37,503 bases of DNA from a virus. Taxonomy: Duplodnaviria; Caudoviricetes. Location of the stretch: positions 1-37,503 of the IMG/VR virus record IMGVR_UViG_3300012667_000202. One strand, 5' to 3'. The notes under the pieces are model-generated. The model made no database searches. It saw nothing but the letters and a program-made list of their open reading frames with translations, and was not told where the DNA came from. A program made the translations under genes and the position numbers. Positions 26,180-34,659 of the stretch are shown in pieces. The stretch's first letter is position 1. Every line of letters begins with the position of its first letter.

Positions 26180-27544
26180 TTAGAAGCTTCCTCCGTCAAT
26201 TGTACCAGATATTTTCGACCCTGCTAATGAAGTAATCCATGCTGGGTCAGCATAGCTACCTGTTGTGTAGACACCATTCGTTACTGTACCTGCATTGCCA
26301 CTGATAGAACCAGTGATAGTGCTGCTGAAAGTCTTAGTTCCTGCTACTGTTTGGTCGCCAGTGAGCTTTACTACAGCATTGTCAGCAGCATAACCAGCAG
26401 AAGCATGATTACCCCAGCCAAAAGCTGTGTCAGCGTTTGTTCCTTGTGCTGCAGTTGCATAAGCAGTGCTGTTTGTTGTTGCTGCAGTACCTAACCCTAA
26501 GTTAGTTCTTGCTGTGCTTGCTGATGGTAAATCTGATAAGTTGTTAGCCTTTGCTAAGAAACTAGTGCCAGCAGCATAAGCATCAACCCACACAGAGCCA
26601 GTATACACTTTCATGTATCCGCCGACACTGTTAAAATACAATGTACCTGCTACTAGAGCATTGCCATCGTTATCTAATGTAGGGTCTGAAGTCTTAGAAC
26701 CTAAATAACGGTCATCAAAGTTATCGTATGCTGTTAAAGTCTGGTCTCTAGCAGTCTCTGCAGCTGTCTGAGCATTCGCAGCATTAGTTGCTGAAGTGCT
26801 TGCAGCAGAGGCACTATTGCTTGCATTAGTGGCTGAAGTAGCTGCAGCAGAAGCACTGTTAGAGGCATTCGTTGCTGCTGTTTCAGCGTTTGTTTCAGCT
26901 AACTCTGCAGCAGTTTGAGCAGTCTCTGCATTGGTCTCAGCTGTTTCAGCATTGGTCTCTGCTGTCTGTGCAGCTGTTGCACTGTTAGCAGCATTGGTTG
27001 CTGATGTTGATGCAGCAGTAGCACTGTTTGATGCATTAGTAGCCGATGTAGCAGCTGCTGTTGCAGAATTACTAGCATTCGTTGCAGAAGTAGAAGCAGC
27101 ACTGGCTGAGTTACTTGCATTGGTTGCTGATGTACTTGCTGCAGAAGCAGAATTAGCTGCATTCGTTGCAGCAGTTTCAGCATTAGTCTCTGCTGTCTCA
27201 GCATTGGTTTCTGCTAGTTCAGCAGCAGTCTTTGCGGTCTCTGCAGCTGTCTGAGCAGCCTCTGCAGCGGTTTGTGCAGCTTCAGCAGCAGCCTGTGCAG
27301 TCTCGGCATTAGCCTCTGCAGTCTCTGCATTGGTCTCTGCTGTCTCAGCGTTAGTCTCTGCAGTCTGTGCAGCACTAGCAGCAGCAGAAGCAGTAGAAGC
27401 ACTGTTAGAAGCGGAAGACGCAGAAGCCTGTGCTTGATTTTTATAAACTTCAGCTAAGGCAGCTTGTTCCGTAGCTAATGCTGCCTGACTAGAAGCATCA
27501 TTAGTTGCATCACCAGCACCGCCAGGACCTCGGTAGATTGCCAT
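26180..27544 (-). CDS. Ala-rich coiled-coil tail fibre/stalk protein
   Basis: AETAETN and AATSATNASNS repeats, FDDRYLG, NNLSDL...ARTNLGLG, C-terminal DGGSF. Confidence 0.85.
   Translation of the reverse strand: MAIYRGPGGAGDATNDASSQAALATEQAALAEVYKNQAQASASSASNSASTASAAASAAQTAETNAETAETNAETAEANAETAQAAAEAAQTAAEAAQTAAETAKTAAELAETNAETAETNAETAATNAANSASAASTSATNASNSASAASTSATNASNSATAAATSATNASNSATAASTSATNAANSATAAQTAETNAETAETNAETAQTAAELAETNAETAATNASNSASAAATSATNASNSASAASTSATNAANAQTAAETARDQTLTAYDNFDDRYLGSKTSDPTLDNDGNALVAGTLYFNSVGGYMKVYTGSVWVDAYAAGTSFLAKANNLSDLPSASTARTNLGLGTAATTNSTAYATAAQGTNADTAFGWGNHASAGYAADNAVVKLTGDQTVAGTKTFSSTITGSISGNAGTVTNGVYTTGSYADPAWITSLAGSKISGTIDGGSF
26760..27420 (-). repeat. Degenerate 21-nt (heptad) coding repeats
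   Basis: Repeated gcagagaccaatgc/gcagagactaac-type units encoding AETN/ASNS heptads. Confidence 0.8.
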
Positions 27545-27593
27545 ATTTTAATAATTCCTTGTCTTATTAAAGAACTCTTTAATAGAATCCTTT

Positions 27594-27621
27594 AAAAAGA
27601 CCCCTGCCGAAGCAGGGAATC
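27594..27621 (-). terminator. Rho-independent terminator after the capsid gene
   Basis: GATTCCCTGC-TTCG-GCAGGGGTC-TTTTT (UUCG tetraloop). Confidence 0.88.
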
Positions 27622-27631
27622 TTAATGCTTA

Positions 27632-28588
27632 TTAAGCGTTTACAGCCAATACGAAACCAGCTTCTGGTCGTACAACTTTAACACCGAACAATGTGTCGGC
27701 AGTGTAAAGAGTAGACAAGTATTCTTGTTTGTACTGAGTCTGTGAGCGAACACCAACTTGCTCTGCAAAAACCATAGTATCAGTATGGAATAACAAAGCA
27801 GCTTTGATTGCATCGCCAGCTGTGTTTTCAGCAGCAGTTTCAATAGTAGGCATATTGCTTGACACATAGATGTCAATGCCATACAACTTACCGATTTGAC
27901 CGTTCTGAACACCACGACCATCAACGAAGTCGCTTGAGTTGTAGCGGTCCACACCCATGATTGCATTACGCAATGATGGTGGAATTGCAAACTTACGACC
28001 GTCCATTGGTACATCAGCGTCGTCCATCAACTGGATAAGCTTACGGAAGCCAGCGTCAGTGAATACATCAGATGTAGTTACTGTGTCAACTGCATAAGTT
28101 GTCAAACCTGTAGAAGCGTCGATAAAGTATGCGTTTGAGTGAACCCAATCAGCACCATCGCTGTCACCGAAAGCTTGACCCAAAGCTACTAGCTCGTCGT
28201 CAACTTGTTTAGCCAATGCATAACCAGCATCTTCTGTGTAGAAAGAGCGTAGTGATGAAAGAGCTTGAACTTCAGTGATGTCCTCGATGAAGCGTGAGTA
28301 TTCAAAGTGCTTGTTAACCAAAACTTGTACTTCTGACTCTGTGTTAGCTTGGATTGTTACAGCTGTGTTAGCAGCTTTTGCAGTTGCTGTGCCACGAACT
28401 GGCTTAGGAATGTGCAATGTGTCGCCTTTTTTGCCTTTGAAAGACATCTTGCGAACTAGGTTTGCCAATACTAAGTTTTTCTTGTATGCAGCGATAACCT
28501 CGTCACTCCAAATTTCTGGAATGAATGTTGCTGCTGCTGTGTTGTTAACGATAGAGGTACTACCGCCTGGATATGTTACTTTTGCCAT
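27632..28588 (-). CDS. Major capsid protein
   Basis: FIPEIWS, GDTLHIP, GYALAKQVD, G.IGKLYGIDIYVS, FGVKVVRPE; follows scaffold; terminator downstream. Confidence 0.93.
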   Translation of the reverse strand: MAKVTYPGGSTSIVNNTAAATFIPEIWSDEVIAAYKKNLVLANLVRKMSFKGKKGDTLHIPKPVRGTATAKAANTAVTIQANTESEVQVLVNKHFEYSRFIEDITEVQALSSLRSFYTEDAGYALAKQVDDELVALGQAFGDSDGADWVHSNAYFIDASTGLTTYAVDTVTTSDVFTDAGFRKLIQLMDDADVPMDGRKFAIPPSLRNAIMGVDRYNSSDFVDGRGVQNGQIGKLYGIDIYVSSNMPTIETAAENTAGDAIKAALLFHTDTMVFAEQVGVRSQTQYKQEYLSTLYTADTLFGVKVVRPEAGFVLAVNA

Positions 28589-28620
28589 GATTTTATTTCC
28601 TTAAAAGTTAAATACTAAAA

Positions 28621-29460
28621 TTACTTGACTCGCCCTTCAGCATATGCTGCCATAATCTCATCAGACATGGCTTCGTATCTTTGTGGGTCTGTCATTCTCA
28701 ATTTAATTAGGTCTGCTCTACGATATACTTTTCTGCTTGTCTCGCCAGTACCACCAACATCCACAGTTGCAGCTTTCATTGCAGTCTTTTGTGCTTCAGC
28801 TTCAATTTGATTTGATTGAGCTGTCTGTTGGACAACCTGTTGTGCTTTGATTTGTTTAATCTCCTTGTAGGTAGATAACAACTCATCTGCACTTTCAAAA
28901 TCATACTCAGCGTCTGCTTTAGCAAACAAGTTTAATCGAACCTTAGAAGCTTTAACCCAATCTTGGAAACCTGCATCTGCTGCGATAGTTCCAAAGTCTG
29001 GATGTTTAGCAGACAACTGTTGAGCTGTCTTCATCTTCTTCATTTCAAGTGCTGCTTGTCGTGCTTCAATAACTGCAGGGTGCTTCTCAACTTGTCTGTT
29101 AACAGCCTGTTTAGGGTCTACAAAAAAGTCTTCTTCAAGCGATTCTTCAATAGGCTCTTGCTTAACTCTCTTGTTGGCTTCGAGTTGTTGTTTTAACAGT
29201 TGGTCTGCAAGACTTCGTACTTCATGCACCTCATTAGCTTGACGACCGATTAGCTTCTCAGCTTCTTGGTGCATTCTAGCAATCTCAGCAGCTGATTTAC
29301 CTTTGTATTTCTCTGGTAATTCATCCACTGGTTCAGGTGTGCCTACCTCTTCAGTAGTATCTGACATAGTTGAGTCAGGTACTGGGGTTGTAACATCTTG
29401 TACTACTTCTTGCTCATTGCTGTTAAACAGTTCGTCCTGTTCAATAAAGTTTGCTGCCAT
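28621..29460 (-). CDS. Capsid scaffolding protein
   Basis: Acidic N-terminus, LPEKYKGKS, helical, ends AYAEGRVK. Confidence 0.85.
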   Translation of the reverse strand: MAANFIEQDELFNSNEQEVVQDVTTPVPDSTMSDTTEEVGTPEPVDELPEKYKGKSAAEIARMHQEAEKLIGRQANEVHEVRSLADQLLKQQLEANKRVKQEPIEESLEEDFFVDPKQAVNRQVEKHPAVIEARQAALEMKKMKTAQQLSAKHPDFGTIAADAGFQDWVKASKVRLNLFAKADAEYDFESADELLSTYKEIKQIKAQQVVQQTAQSNQIEAEAQKTAMKAATVDVGGTGETSRKVYRRADLIKLRMTDPQRYEAMSDEIMAAYAEGRVK

Positions 29461-29468
29461 TTAAAGTC

Positions 29469-29530
29469 TCCTGTCACCGAATCAAGTGATTTTAGGATTT
29501 ATGTTCTAAGGCTCTTTCGAGGTATCTTAG
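29469..29530 (-). promoter_or_regulatory. Twin RNA hairpins; the second occludes the scaffold RBS
   Basis: CUAAG-AUAC-CUC-GAAA-GAG-C-CUUAG and UCCU-AAAA-UCAC-UUGAUUCG-GUGA-C-AGGA. Confidence 0.55.
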
Positions 29531-29760
29531 GCTAGGTTTTGTTTGCGTTCCTGCTTTGCTTTGTCTTCATGTCTTTTAGCCCACCTATCGTATGCAGAGA
29601 CATACACTGGGTCTGTCCCATCAAGCTCTACTCTAGGTGCGGAGATAATCCGACTAGCATCAGTACCACAAACACTACAAGGCACTTCTGTCATCTCATA
29701 ATTGACATAATGCTCTGTAATATGTCCTGCTGGACACATATGCTCATACATCCTACGCAC
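29527..29760 (-). CDS. FmdB-like zinc-ribbon protein
   Basis: YEHMCPAGH...CSVCG..ASRIISAP; GGAG RBS before GTG at 29760. Confidence 0.75.
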   Translation of the reverse strand: MRRMYEHMCPAGHITEHYVNYEMTEVPCSVCGTDASRIISAPRVELDGTDPVYVSAYDRWAKRHEDKAKQERKQNLA

Positions 29761-30001
29761 CGCTGTCTCCCGACATGAGTTGTTCATAGGACTGTTCTGA
29801 AACACTCTTGAGGCTTAGAATCCAGTTAAGAATGTCTAATTGACCTCGTTTTAGGTGTAATTCAGCTTCATTCTGAATCGGGAGAACTTGATTGAGTGCA
29901 TCAAACATCTTCTGTGCATCTTCCATCAAGTCCTGCCAACCAGGTGTTGAAAACAGGCTGAACCTGTCCTCGTAATACTGTTGTAACTGCTTATCTACCA
30001 T
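29753..30001 (-). CDS. Conserved head-region hypothetical protein
   Basis: AAGGA RBS before MVDKQ; F.TPGW, KRGQLDIL; between portal and scaffold. Confidence 0.75.
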   Translation of the reverse strand: MVDKQLQQYYEDRFSLFSTPGWQDLMEDAQKMFDALNQVLPIQNEAELHLKRGQLDILNWILSLKSVSEQSYEQLMSGDSGA

Positions 30002-30051
30002 TCTTTGTCCTTTTGTTGGAGAATGTTGTATTAAAACCACATTATTTCGTC

Positions 30052-30080
30052 AGTCTACCACAACTAACAGAAAAAGTCAA
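30052..30080 (-). promoter_or_regulatory. sigma70 promoter with extended -10 for scaffold/capsid genes
   Basis: TTGACT-17-TAGACT preceded by TGg. Confidence 0.75.
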
Positions 30081-30085
30081 GCTAT

Positions 30086-32089
30086 TTATTGCATATTTGA
30101 CTGTTTTTGCATCTGCATCTCAACAATCTTGCCTTTGTTGTTAATGTCTTTCTCTTTGAGCATCAAATCAGCAATTCTGGCTCTCTTTTCAAACTCATTG
30201 TCCTGTCCTTGACCGTCAATGTTGGTAGAAAGGGAGCTAATGACCTTAGCTTTTAGCTCTTCAGGTAACAATTGTGTCTCAACAACTGTCTTCTGAGCTT
30301 CTGCTTGGTCTCTTTGTGCTCTTGCTTGTAGAGAAGCAGTAGTTGCTTGAGCCTGTTCCATCTGCATTTGAGCTTGCATCTGAGCCATTTGAGCTTGTTG
30401 TGGGTCAGGCTGAGACATTTGTGTCAAAGCTTGTTCCATTTCAGCTCTGTTAGACAAGCTAGAGTTAGCAATAATGCCCTTAAGGATGATTGGTAACACT
30501 GGAGTATTAGGTCCAAGAGTCTGTAACAAGCCAATTAACTGCTGTTGTTCGTACTCACGAGCCATAATACCCAAAGTAGCTGTCGGTATAAACTTCATAT
30601 CTACAGAAGGGTAACGCTCAGGGTCAAACTGCATATAGCGGAAAGCCACTTTCTTAATCAAAGGAACTAAGAAGTCTTCTTGGAAGTTTGTGAGTGTACG
30701 CTTGTACTTCTTGATAATGCCAGCCATAGCCATAGACATACCAGCACCAGAAGCATCACGAGTAGCTTGAGATACCATGCCTTGGCTGTCTAAAGTGCCA
30801 GTAGCTTGTAGCAACATACGCTCAAAGTTCTGTGATGTTTGAATGTTGTTCTGGTCTGTTTGTCCAAACTTGAACGGCATCAAGATTTCACTAGGAGCAC
30901 CATTCGTAAGAATAGCTTTACCAGGCTTAACTTCAAACTTAGCACCACGAGGTAAGCGAGTAGCGTCCATCGCAATCATCGGAGCTGTGGTCAATGCCAA
31001 TGAGTCTAAGTGACTGCGTAGCTGTGCATCAATAGCTTTTTGCATATTGTATGCTTTTTCTACTGTACCACGACCCCAGAAGCGGTTAGGCACTGTATCA
31101 TCCTGATAAGCTACAATTGGACGGTCTTTCATCATGTAAGGATTAGCTTCTGCTTTGAGCAACAAACCATCGTTAGCAATAACAATGATAGCTTCTACTA
31201 AGTCAGAATAGCTGTCAGCAGTGCTTGACTCAGGGAACAAGTCAACAACTTCTTCACCTTCGTTCTCTAACTGCTCTAGGTACTCACGAGGAACAAGACC
31301 ATAGTAAGTTAATAGTTTAACTTTGTCATCTTGGTATTGAACAATCTCTTGTGTTGGCTCTAGGTCATCATCCAAACCATAACCTTGGACATCTACCTTA
31401 CGATAGATACCCTTTTCCATGCCTTCTACCACTTTGTGAATAGACACAAACTTCTCAACAGCAACACCCATTGCATCTTCAATAGAAGTAGCGTTAGGGT
31501 CAATCAAGAAGTTCTTAGGGTTAACAGGAGTTACTTTAACACAGAAATATTCCTTCTCTTGCACACCGTAAGCAGCTTGCATTGAGCCAGGAATAGGCTG
31601 AGTAGACGGAATATACTCTTTTTCTTGTTTAACAGTCAACTCACCAATACCAGTACCATAAATCTCAGCCATCAACTCAATCTGGTCGATAGACTTACGA
31701 ATCTTATGTTTTTCTAGGTCTTCACGCAATAGAGTACGGATTTGCTCAACATCCATTGGATTACCGTTCATATCTAAGACATCATCTTTAATGTCAAAGT
31801 ATTCACCGTTACCAAAGATAGCTTCCATGATTTCAGCATGGCGAGTCTCTACTGCTTGTTGTGTTGCTGGGGAAATTAAGCGACTACGCTCTGACTCACG
31901 AGTCTTGTCTTCAGAAGCCCACACACCACGGAAGATACGCTCGTATTCTTTCCAGTCTTCTAAGTAGTTCTCGTCACGGTGGTCTCTCCAACGGTCGCAG
32001 TGTCCAACAACAAAACCAACTAACTCTCTGTCAGATTCTGTCGGAGTGTCCCATTGTACACCTTCGTTATTGTCTTTCATCTCAGCCAT
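30086..32089 (-). CDS. Portal protein
   Basis: 667 aa; YGTGIG, FLIDP.A, FWGRG, Gln-rich barrel-like C-terminus; follows terL. Confidence 0.9.
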   Translation of the reverse strand: MAEMKDNNEGVQWDTPTESDRELVGFVVGHCDRWRDHRDENYLEDWKEYERIFRGVWASEDKTRESERSRLISPATQQAVETRHAEIMEAIFGNGEYFDIKDDVLDMNGNPMDVEQIRTLLREDLEKHKIRKSIDQIELMAEIYGTGIGELTVKQEKEYIPSTQPIPGSMQAAYGVQEKEYFCVKVTPVNPKNFLIDPNATSIEDAMGVAVEKFVSIHKVVEGMEKGIYRKVDVQGYGLDDDLEPTQEIVQYQDDKVKLLTYYGLVPREYLEQLENEGEEVVDLFPESSTADSYSDLVEAIIVIANDGLLLKAEANPYMMKDRPIVAYQDDTVPNRFWGRGTVEKAYNMQKAIDAQLRSHLDSLALTTAPMIAMDATRLPRGAKFEVKPGKAILTNGAPSEILMPFKFGQTDQNNIQTSQNFERMLLQATGTLDSQGMVSQATRDASGAGMSMAMAGIIKKYKRTLTNFQEDFLVPLIKKVAFRYMQFDPERYPSVDMKFIPTATLGIMAREYEQQQLIGLLQTLGPNTPVLPIILKGIIANSSLSNRAEMEQALTQMSQPDPQQAQMAQMQAQMQMEQAQATTASLQARAQRDQAEAQKTVVETQLLPEELKAKVISSLSTNIDGQGQDNEFEKRARIADLMLKEKDINNKGKIVEMQMQKQSNMQ

Positions 32090-32325
32090 TATTCTTCCTC
32101 TGTAGAATCATTAAAAGGGTCAACAAACTCTACTTCCATCACTTCTACAGCTGGCATGAAAATCTGTTTGTCTTTTAAACCTTGTTCTTTAGCAGCTGTG
32201 ATAATCTTCATCAAGCACTCAGCTTCAAGATATTGCATCTCTTCTAAAATTACTTTTAGCACCTCTGGGTTCTTCATCAGAGCCTCAAAGTTTAGAGGTA
32301 CAAACTCTTGTTCTTTATAGTCCAT
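32089..32325 (-). CDS. Hypothetical protein
   Basis: AAGGA RBS; TAATG-coupled to portal. Confidence 0.7.
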   Translation of the reverse strand: MDYKEQEFVPLNFEALMKNPEVLKVILEEMQYLEAECLMKIITAAKEQGLKDKQIFMPAVEVMEVEFVDPFNDSTEEE

Positions 32326-32340
32326 GTTATTCCTTTTGTA

Positions 32341-33600
32341 TTAATAGCCAGCAATTACATCCATAGCTTCCCAGTCATCTTCGTCATCGTCTGCGAAGTA
32401 ACTGGTCACCGCCAATTGGTCAATATAGCTTAAAGCGTCTGGTAAGTCGTCATGTACTCCAGCAGTAGGGAACATCAACAACTGGTCAACAAACTCATCA
32501 AAGTCTTCTTCAGCATTCAGAACAACTCTGCCATGCTCAAAACGACCCTGTAAAGCCCAGACAACCCTGTCTACCTTTTTCTTGTTACCGTGCGTCAAGT
32601 CTGCAATATGTGCGTAGCAGTTGTTCTTTCGCATCAAATCACTGAGGTACGGTAACACTGCATTCTTCAAAGCACCTCGTTCAATACCGACTGCCATTGG
32701 CTCATATTCTCTGATGTTCTTTAAGATGTTCACTGCAGTGGTCTGAATATCCCAACGACCAGCTTCAATCTTATCCACATACCATACACCGTCATCAGTG
32801 ACTTTAACCACAGCAATTGCTGATTGGTCAAGTCTCTTTTTACTGTTACCAGCAGATTTAGCTACTTCTTCAAAACCAGCTAAGTCCACTGCGATGTACC
32901 AAGAACCATGAGGCGGCTCTTCACCAAACTTAATCCATTCTTCTTTGAACAACCCTGCACCAGCGTTGTTGAAGGAAGACATATATTCTTGATTGAACGC
33001 AAAGCTGGACAGAGTCCTCTTAGCCGCTTCAATCTCTTTCTTGTCTATCGTCTCATTGTCAGCCGTGGTAAAGTGCCAAGACTTCCAATCTTCATCTTCT
33101 CCACTTTGCCCTAATTGATACCAGTCATAGAAGTGGTTTCTTCCTGACGGAGTAGAGATAAACATGGCTCTACCTTTTTTGTCAGACAAAGCAGCACGAA
33201 GCACCTTCTCCCAAATCTCTGGCTTAATAAAAGCTACCTCGTCCATTACCAAGTATGTCAAAGACACACCACGGAGAGAGTCTTGGTTATCAGCACCACG
33301 AACTAATATCTTACGACCATTAACAAGAGTAATCTCTAAATTGTTAATGTGTGCAGACTTGATAATAGGACGACCTAAGTCCATCAACAAGTCCCACATA
33401 ATTGTTCTTGCTTGTCCGAGTGTCGGTGCAACGTACATAACGCTACTTCCCTCTGGACAATTCAAACCTTCAATCAACAGCGTTACTGCAGATAATCGTG
33501 ACTTACCGCAACGACGACCAGCAGCAATGACCTTAAATCGTGTAGGGTCTTTGAAGACCTCTTTCTGCCAATTCAGCAATGCGAAGTTGAGTTCAGCCAT
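32341..33600 (-). CDS. terL: Terminase large subunit
   Basis: Walker A AGRRCGKS, Walker B LVMDE, ISTPSG, nuclease VDLAG and HDDLPDA. Confidence 0.96.
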   Translation of the reverse strand: MAELNFALLNWQKEVFKDPTRFKVIAAGRRCGKSRLSAVTLLIEGLNCPEGSSVMYVAPTLGQARTIMWDLLMDLGRPIIKSAHINNLEITLVNGRKILVRGADNQDSLRGVSLTYLVMDEVAFIKPEIWEKVLRAALSDKKGRAMFISTPSGRNHFYDWYQLGQSGEDEDWKSWHFTTADNETIDKKEIEAAKRTLSSFAFNQEYMSSFNNAGAGLFKEEWIKFGEEPPHGSWYIAVDLAGFEEVAKSAGNSKKRLDQSAIAVVKVTDDGVWYVDKIEAGRWDIQTTAVNILKNIREYEPMAVGIERGALKNAVLPYLSDLMRKNNCYAHIADLTHGNKKKVDRVVWALQGRFEHGRVVLNAEEDFDEFVDQLLMFPTAGVHDDLPDALSYIDQLAVTSYFADDDEDDWEAMDVIAGY

Positions 33601-33988
33601 TGCTTGTATCCTCTACATCCGTAATACTAGCTTCAATGACTTCTGCAGTTTCTACAGTCGGACTACTGATACCTGTAATGTTAATACTAATCTGTGGAAC
33701 TGAACCACCCTGTTTATCCTTGTCAAAGTAAGACAAAGGTAATACCCTGTCAATACACATCTTAAGAGCTGCACCCTGAACTGGATGCCCATCCGTCATG
33801 GCAATCTCTACAATCTTATTAATGACTTTATCGCCTGTGGTTGCTAACAACCGTGCTTTCAACTCTGCTATACGACCTGAATCACCAGCAGGTCTACCGA
33901 CCACACCCCTACTGCCCTTCTTCTTAGCTTTGACAGCAGCTTTAGGAGGTCGTCCTTTACGGACTTTTACTTCGTTAGTGTCAGACAT
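33593..33988 (-). CDS. terS: Terminase small subunit
   Basis: GRPPK/GRPAG, ALKMCIDRVLP, ISINITG; directly upstream of terL. Confidence 0.75.
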   Translation of the reverse strand: MSDTNEVKVRKGRPPKAAVKAKKKGSRGVVGRPAGDSGRIAELKARLLATTGDKVINKIVEIAMTDGHPVQGAALKMCIDRVLPLSYFDKDKQGGSVPQISINITGISSPTVETAEVIEASITDVEDTSNG

Positions 33989-34054
33989 CGTATCCTTTAC
34001 CCCAACTAAGGGAAGACAAATTAAAAACTTTAAGACCTATATATCTATATAGAC

Positions 34055-34078
34055 TCTATCGTTAGATTGTTTCTTGAT
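34055..34078. repeat. 24-bp repeat, inverted copy of 1182-1205, inside the late leader
   Basis: TCTATCGTTAGATTGTTTCTTGAT. Confidence 0.9.
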
Positions 34079-34218
34079 ATCGCTATCAACTTATTTATAA
34101 GAGGTTACTACTTCTTGTTGTTCGTAACCTAACCTACGGTAGTCTCTATATGGTGTCTCCCGACAGGGGGCTTTATAGATACTATATAGTGTGTGTTGCT
34201 GTTTGTTCAATGTAGGCG

Positions 34219-34247
34219 AGTGTAGCATACTTTTGAGAGTTTGTCAA
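34219..34247 (-). promoter_or_regulatory. Late-arm sigma70 promoter with extended -10
   Basis: TTGACA-17-TACACT preceded by TGc; ~225 nt leader to terS. Confidence 0.8.
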
Positions 34248-34349
34248 GCATTATTTTATACTTTATAGACCTAAAGAGCACAGCGGACCTTCATAGGCTT
34301 TATTGGTACTCCGCATGACCTAAAGTGTGCAATGTCCATCACAGCCTTT

Positions 34350-34364
34350 ATAACTTTTAGTTAT
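34350..34364. promoter_or_regulatory. LysR-type operator-like palindrome
   Basis: ATAAC-N5-GTTAT (T-N11-A). Confidence 0.45.
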
Positions 34365-34395
34365 GACATTGTCATTGTTCATTATAGTTCTTTAT

Positions 34396-34408
34396 TATCA
34401 ATTAGTTA
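34396..34408 (+). promoter_or_regulatory. IHF site
   Basis: TATCAATTAGTTA = WATCAANNNNTTR with A/T-rich 5' flank. Confidence 0.55.
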
Positions 34409-34511
34409 CTAACTATCATTGGTGCAGTGCAGTATTGTCTATTTTACCTCTTTTGTGAGCTGTAGAGCCTACCACAACATTACAACAACACAGCCACCCC
34501 CACCCCCCTAT

Positions 34512-34531
34512 GTTAGTTAGTGCTTACTTAC
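34512..34531. promoter_or_regulatory. SlmA-binding-site-like palindrome 1
   Basis: GTTA-GTTAGTGCTTAC-TTAC; core fits GTnAGYRCTnAC. Confidence 0.6.
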
Positions 34532-34550
34532 ATCAACATAGGCTTTATAG

Positions 34551-34570
34551 GTTAGTAAGGACTCACTTCA
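34551..34570. promoter_or_regulatory. SlmA-binding-site-like palindrome 2
   Basis: GTTA-GTAAGGACTCAC-TTCA; core 10/12 to GTGAGTACTCAC. Confidence 0.6.
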
Positions 34571-34582
34571 CAGGTCATCACA

Positions 34583-34602
34583 GTTAATGATAATCATTCT
34601 CA
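34583..34602. promoter_or_regulatory. Fur box 1
   Basis: GTTAATGATAATCATTCTC, 17/19 to GATAATGATAATCATTATC. Confidence 0.8.
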
Positions 34603-34659
34603 ATTACATAGGGTGTGTATGGCAGTGATGCACCTCTATTGACATACCTAGCCAATTGA

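Noticed and set aside
12031-34052. Plus-strand and off-frame ORFs within the structural arm
   Set aside because: Shadows of Ala/Gly-rich genes with no independent support
1182-34078. 24-bp inverted repeats as ends of an invertible segment or IS
   Set aside because: No recombinase or transposase in the genome and no internal dyad typical of recombinase sites; not formally excluded
34074-34089. FNR site
   Set aside because: TTGAT-N6-ATCAA has the wrong spacer (FNR needs N4); better explained as an RNA hairpin with a GNRA loop
34363-34375. matS (MatP) site
   Set aside because: ATGACATTGTCAT misses both terminal bases of GTGACRNYGTCAC and occurs once
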